In this document: positions 59,871 to 64,000 of the stretch, one piece after another
Numbering within the stretch: position 1 is the first letter of the stretch
Layout: each line of letters opens with the position of its first letter
NCBI GenBank assembly: GCA_038523235.1
Contig: JBCBJQ010000012.1
Span: 35,307 to 99,306, forward strand
From: Cyanobacteria bacterium J06626_4
GTDB lineage: Bacteria; Cyanobacteriota; Cyanobacteriia; Phormidesmidales; Phormidesmidaceae
DNA: 64,000 nt
Reading direction: 5' to 3'
Position numbers and translations under genes: made by a program
The notes under the pieces: generated by a model
What the model was told of the DNA's origin: nothing
The model's input: only the letters and a program-made list of their open reading frames with translations
The model's database searches: none

Positions 59871-60143
59871 ATGAGCACAGAAAACTATATTAATCACCCC
59901 ACGTTTGGGTTACTCTTTCGGCTTTGTCTAGTGGCCGAAGGCAAAGAGCTGTTTTCTACACTTTACGCTCAGCGGCTATTCTTTGTCGTTACCTCTACGG
60001 CACCCAAAGGCTTCACCTTTGACGCCATCGGTCGCAGTGAAGCGCGGCAGCTGTTCGAAGAACGGATGCGATCGCTGCGGCGTCAAGGCAATTATCCAGA
60101 GTACGATCGTCTGCAGAAGACGTACAAACAGACCTTTCAATGA
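59871..60143 (+). CDS. pipX: PII-interacting protein X
   Basis: 'ENYINHPTFGLL', 'TLYAQRLFFVV'; overlaps pipY. Confidence 0.96.
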   Translation: MSTENYINHPTFGLLFRLCLVAEGKELFSTLYAQRLFFVVTSTAPKGFTFDAIGRSEARQLFEERMRSLRRQGNYPEYDRLQKTYKQTFQ

Positions 60144-60826
60144 CCGGTTCTCTCTCGCCTGAGCAGATTCAAGCGCGTATCACGACGATTCAAGCGACGT
60201 TACCGCCCGACACCCGTCTGATCAGCGTCACTAAAAAGCAGCCGAGTGCCGTTGTTAGAGCCGCCTATGCCGCCAATGTGCGTGACTTCGGTGAAAGTCA
60301 GGTGCAAGAGGCGATCGCCAAACAGGCTGAACTGAGCGATCTGCCTGATCTGACCTGGCATTTGATCGGCCACCTGCAAAGCAACAAAATCCGCAAAGCG
60401 CTGCAGCACTTTGATTGGATTCACTCCATTGATAGCCTGAAGCTGGCCAAACGACTTAATACGGTAGCGGGTGAACTGTCGCGCTCACCCTATTGCTGTC
60501 TGCAGGTAAAAATGGTGCCCGACCCGCCCAAATACGGATTGACCTTAGACGAGTTATGGTTGGCACTGCCACAACTCAATCAGCTCACCCATTTAAAAAT
60601 TGTGGGGTTGATGACAATTCCGCCTCAAGAAAGCTCGCTTCAAGAAATTGCTGCTATCTTTGCTCAGGCTCAAGATGTCGTTAATCAAATCAATAACAAA
60701 GGGTTCGATCAGCTTCACTTATCAGAGCTTTCGATCGGCATGTCGAGCGATTATCCGCTGGCGATCGCGGCAGGTTCAACCATGATTCGATTAGGCACAA
60801 CTCTCTTTGGCGATCGCCCAGCTTAG
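60140..60826 (+). CDS. pipY: PLP-binding protein YggS/PipY
   Basis: 'LISVTK', 'DFGES.VQE', 'WHLIGHLQSNK', 'GMSSDY..AI..GSTMIRLGT'. Confidence 0.95.
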   Translation: MTGSLSPEQIQARITTIQATLPPDTRLISVTKKQPSAVVRAAYAANVRDFGESQVQEAIAKQAELSDLPDLTWHLIGHLQSNKIRKALQHFDWIHSIDSLKLAKRLNTVAGELSRSPYCCLQVKMVPDPPKYGLTLDELWLALPQLNQLTHLKIVGLMTIPPQESSLQEIAAIFAQAQDVVNQINNKGFDQLHLSELSIGMSSDYPLAIAAGSTMIRLGTTLFGDRPA

Positions 60827-61241
60827 GTTTCAGCGATCCGGCTTTTGACGAAGGCCTGCAATTTTGCGAGATGAGGACTGCTGGCATCGATCAGAAAACC
60901 TGATCACTCCGTGCGGATCATCACGAGCAAAGCAGTAGGATTCAGCCACAGCAAAGATCCCGAAGTTTTTAACTAATTATTAATAGCACTATCCTTTTAG
61001 GGATTTCGTGTATACTGTGGACTCAAATTCCGCATTCTCGATTAGAGTAAAGGCGGTTCAACGAACTGGTCGTTTCACGACTGAATTCTGAATTCAGATT
61101 CGGCCTGAGAAACGACACACCTTATCCAAACAGTGAGTTCTCTCTTTAGCGAAGTCAGAGCAACTGAATGAGGTCGTTGGCATAATTCCTCATGCTGAGC
61201 AGGTTCGCCTGTGAAGCGCTGATTGTCATGGAGTGTTAGCT

Positions 61242-61859
61242 GTGAGCAACTTGTTCAATAAACTAAGAGACTTTGTCGGCCTCAACGACCCTGCCGACTA
61301 CGACTACGAATACGACGAGATCGAAACGGGTGAAGAGTATCAAACGATCTATCAAGAAGAGAATGCTCAGCCTGCGGTAGCCGCCCCTCAGCAGCAAGCC
61401 GCTCAGGAAGAACCTCGGGCGCGTCGTCGTGTCCGCGAACGGATGCTGTCTAACGAAACTGGAATGAACACCATGGGAAGTAATGTGATTGGTATGCCTG
61501 GAGCGATTAATGGAGCCTCGGAAGTGGTGGTGATGGAGCCGCGCTCCTTCGAAGAAATGCCACAGGCGATTCAGGCGCTGCGCGAGCGGAAGTCGGTCGT
61601 CCTGAACCTGACCACAATGGATCCCGATCAGGCTCAGCGCGCTGTTGATTTTGTCGCTGGCGGCACCTACGCCATCGATGGTCATCAGGAGCGGATTGGC
61701 GAGAGCATCTTCCTCTTTACGCCCAACTGCGTCCATGTGAGCACGCCGACCGATGTCGAAGACGACATGCCGATGGCCCCACAAACGCCGATGATGGATC
61801 CACGCAGCGTGCCTCCCGCTCCCGCTTGGACTGGCGATCGCGTTGTGGGTTTAGGCTAA
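61242..61859 (+). CDS. sepF: Cell division protein SepF
   Basis: '[25 protein letters not shown]...[17 protein letters not shown]...IFLFTP'. Confidence 0.96.
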   Translation: MSNLFNKLRDFVGLNDPADYDYEYDEIETGEEYQTIYQEENAQPAVAAPQQQAAQEEPRARRRVRERMLSNETGMNTMGSNVIGMPGAINGASEVVVMEPRSFEEMPQAIQALRERKSVVLNLTTMDPDQAQRAVDFVAGGTYAIDGHQERIGESIFLFTPNCVHVSTPTDVEDDMPMAPQTPMMDPRSVPPAPAWTGDRVVGLG

Positions 61860-61952
61860 AGCCCCGCACTCCTACAGTCGCATTGCAGGAATTTGACCCG
61901 AGGCAGCGTCTGGCTGTCTCCATTGCTGTTCGTTGAAAAGGACGTTAGCTAG

Positions 61953-62759
61953 TTGCCAACGAAGCTAAGCGTTTTAGGAGGCGGGGTGATGGGCGAAGCG
62001 CTCATCTCCCGCCTTATTTCGCTGAAAATTTTTGCCGCCGAGGCGATCGTAGTCGGTGACCCGTCGGCAGCGCGTCGGCAGTTTTTGAAGGAAACCTACG
62101 GCATTCAAACACAAGAGGACAATACTGCCGTCCTCGCTGATGCCGATATCGTTTTGGTGGCAGTTAAACCCCAAGCCTTTCGCTACATTGTGCCGAATTT
62201 ACAGGCCGTCGCTGACCAGCAGCGCTCCCTGCTCCTCTCGATCATGGCAGGGACGCCGCTAACCACGCTAGAGGCCGTGGTACCTAGCTGGCCAGTGATT
62301 CGCGCTATGCCCAATACACCCGCCACGGTTGGCGCCGGGATGACGGCGATCGCCCCAGGCCAGCTAGCAACTGCCGAGCATTTGCAGCAGGCTCAGACCC
62401 TGTTTGCCGCCGTTGGTCAGGTAGTCGAAGTCCCGGAAAACTTGATGGATGCCGTCACCGGATTATCCGGATCAGGCCCCGGCTATGTGGCAGTTATGAT
62501 AGAAGCCCTGGCCGATGGCGGCGTGGCCGCCGGCCTGCCCCGTGCGACGGCCTTAGCCCTAGCCGTGCAAACTGTTAAAGGGACTGCCGAGCTGCTGCAG
62601 ACGACAGACATGCATCCCGCCGTCCTCAAAGATCGCGTCACCAGTCCGGGTGGCACTACGATTGCCGGCATCACCCAGCTCGAAACCGGGGGCATCAGGT
62701 CAGCCCTGATCGCAGCTGTACAGGCCGCGTGCGATCGCGCCAAGGCGCTGGGCTCGTAG
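61953..62759 (+). CDS. proC: Pyrroline-5-carboxylate reductase
   Basis: 'GGGVMG', 'AVKPQ', 'RAMPNTP', 'GLSGSGP', 'VTSPGGTT'. Confidence 0.97.
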   Translation: MPTKLSVLGGGVMGEALISRLISLKIFAAEAIVVGDPSAARRQFLKETYGIQTQEDNTAVLADADIVLVAVKPQAFRYIVPNLQAVADQQRSLLLSIMAGTPLTTLEAVVPSWPVIRAMPNTPATVGAGMTAIAPGQLATAEHLQQAQTLFAAVGQVVEVPENLMDAVTGLSGSGPGYVAVMIEALADGGVAAGLPRATALALAVQTVKGTAELLQTTDMHPAVLKDRVTSPGGTTIAGITQLETGGIRSALIAAVQAACDRAKALGS

Positions 62760-62778
62760 TCTATCGAGGCGTTCTGAG

Positions 62779-63078
62779 ATGGATGTAACTCGCTTATTAG
62801 TACAGCTCGCGATTGCTATTGTTTGTGGCGGGCTAGCCACCTTGCTGCTGCCACGCCAAATTCCCGGCAAGCTAATTGGCTTAGCAGTGATCGGCTTCGC
62901 CGGAGTCTGGTTAGGCGACTGGATCATCAGCTTCCTCACCACCACCTACAACCTACCCATTCCAGAATTTGTCCTCTGGGATTTTCAGGGGGTGTTAATC
63001 CTACCGGCAGTCGTCGGCTCCGCGATCGTGCTTTACATTGTGACGACCTTTTTGTCTTGGGGGCGTTACCGGCGCTAA
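62779..63078 (+). CDS. Small membrane protein (GlsB/YeaQ/YmgE transglycosylase-associated-like)
   Basis: Three hydrophobic segments; 'IG..G..LG' and 'AVVGSAIVL' pattern. Confidence 0.7.
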   Translation: MDVTRLLVQLAIAIVCGGLATLLLPRQIPGKLIGLAVIGFAGVWLGDWIISFLTTTYNLPIPEFVLWDFQGVLILPAVVGSAIVLYIVTTFLSWGRYRR

Positions 63079-63300
63079 GAGGATGCCAAGCAATACCTGT
63101 CCAAGCCCTCGGTTTCTACAGCAGAGGATAGAAAGGTGCAGAGTTCAAGGTGCGGGGAAAGGCCTTGCCACCAGCGATCCAGCAATTAAAAGTGTCTAAA
63201 CCTGACTGCCGCTCGCTATACGCAAAACTTGCCGCAGACTGTTAACCAGTTCTCAGTAACCGGGGGCTTCAGGTGGGATATTTTTTCGTTGGGATGACTC

Positions 63301-63920
63301 TAAGTACTTTGGAAATTAAATTTATTGCCGTATTCTAGAGGGGTTCACAAGGCTGCATCACCAGCCGTTCCCCTGATGAATGAGTCAATGAACAAACCTC
63401 ATCTTGAATTATCTACCACTGACCGCGGCGAATTGACCGCCCTTTTAAGCAAAGGCCAACTAGGGGCACGACAATTTAAGCGAGCGACCGGCCTGTTAGA
63501 GTTGGACCGTGGTAAGACGATTCAAGCCGTTTGTGACACCTTAGGGGTGAACCGGGTCACGGTTAGAAAGTGGCGTGACCGCTATCACCAGGACGGCCTC
63601 GCGCTCCTGACAGACAAGCCTCGTCCCGGTCGTCCGCTTGAAATCGATGGTGGCCAACGCGCCAAAGTCACCGCCCTTGCCTGCAGTGACGCCCCGACTG
63701 GTCACGAGCGCTGGACGTTACGTCTATTAGCGGACCGGGCCGTTGACTTGAACTACTGTGAGCATCTTTCCCACACTCAGGTCCGTGAGATTCTCAAAAA
63801 AACGCCTTAAAACCGCATCTCAAAAAGACATGGTGCCTGGGCAAGCTCACTAGTGTTTTCATTGCCAAAATGGAACATCTGTTGGCGTTGTATGCTCGCC
63901 CCTATGATCCACGCTATCCA
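63301..63920 (+). mobile_element. IS630-family element, 5' part, interrupted
   Basis: ORF A (63388-63810) has an HTH and 'LTDKPRPGRP...ALAC...P.G..RWTLRLLA'. An A7 tract at 63796-63802 leads to the -1 frame 'KNALKPHLKKTWC...MEHLLALYARPYDPRYPV'. Left end approximate. Confidence 0.9.
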
Positions 63921-64000
63921 GTAACGCGATGTGCAACTAAAAGATTGAGAAAAAGTTCCATCTCTGTAAGCTAGAGCTAGCGATAGTTCTAAGCACTTAC
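63921..64000. mobile_element. End of a second element inserted into the IS630 transposase (runs out of the window)
   Basis: IS630 similarity stops abruptly at GTAACGCGATGTGCAACT, the same terminus seen at 45188. Confidence 0.65.

Noticed and set aside
55906..62759. der-ecfT-pabB-like-pipX-pipY-sepF-proC cluster as a novel system
   Set aside because: Known conserved cyanobacterial neighbourhood

Overview
Cyanobacterial chromosomal window: the HIP1 octamer GCGATCGC is frequent, and pipX, CP12 and a SomA-type porin are present. From left to right: (1) the end of a CrtU/CruE-like flavoprotein plus a Rieske oxygenase, probably for aromatic carotenoid synthesis; (2) an accessory block (2.2-14.8 kb) with TetR, an unknown protein, an RND efflux pair, a cation/H+ antiporter, a DUF1400 hydrolase and a cytochrome P450, where the TetR-divergent promoter and the P450 promoter share the same tandem palindromic operator; (3) a redox/adenylate module (Adk, ferredoxin, thioredoxin, small Cys4 protein, CBS-CP12) next to a recombinase-domain-only gene and a stand-alone multi-CBS protein; (4) a 4.5-kaa DUF4347/cadherin-like/RTX surface protein with 16 tandem ~122-aa repeats, followed by an inverse-autotransporter-like beta-helix protein; (5) a complete eboA-F cluster with no scytonemin genes in the window; (6) a decayed RND fragment, an IS remnant and tRNA-Cys; (7) nadC, an unannotated highly structured ~0.29-kb transcription unit, a porin, Rrf2-cysK and the conserved der-ecfT-pabB-like-pipX-pipY-sepF-proC region; (8) an IS630 element interrupted by a second element at the right edge. 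No CRISPR array or rRNA was seen. All family calls come from motif recognition by eye, not from database searches.
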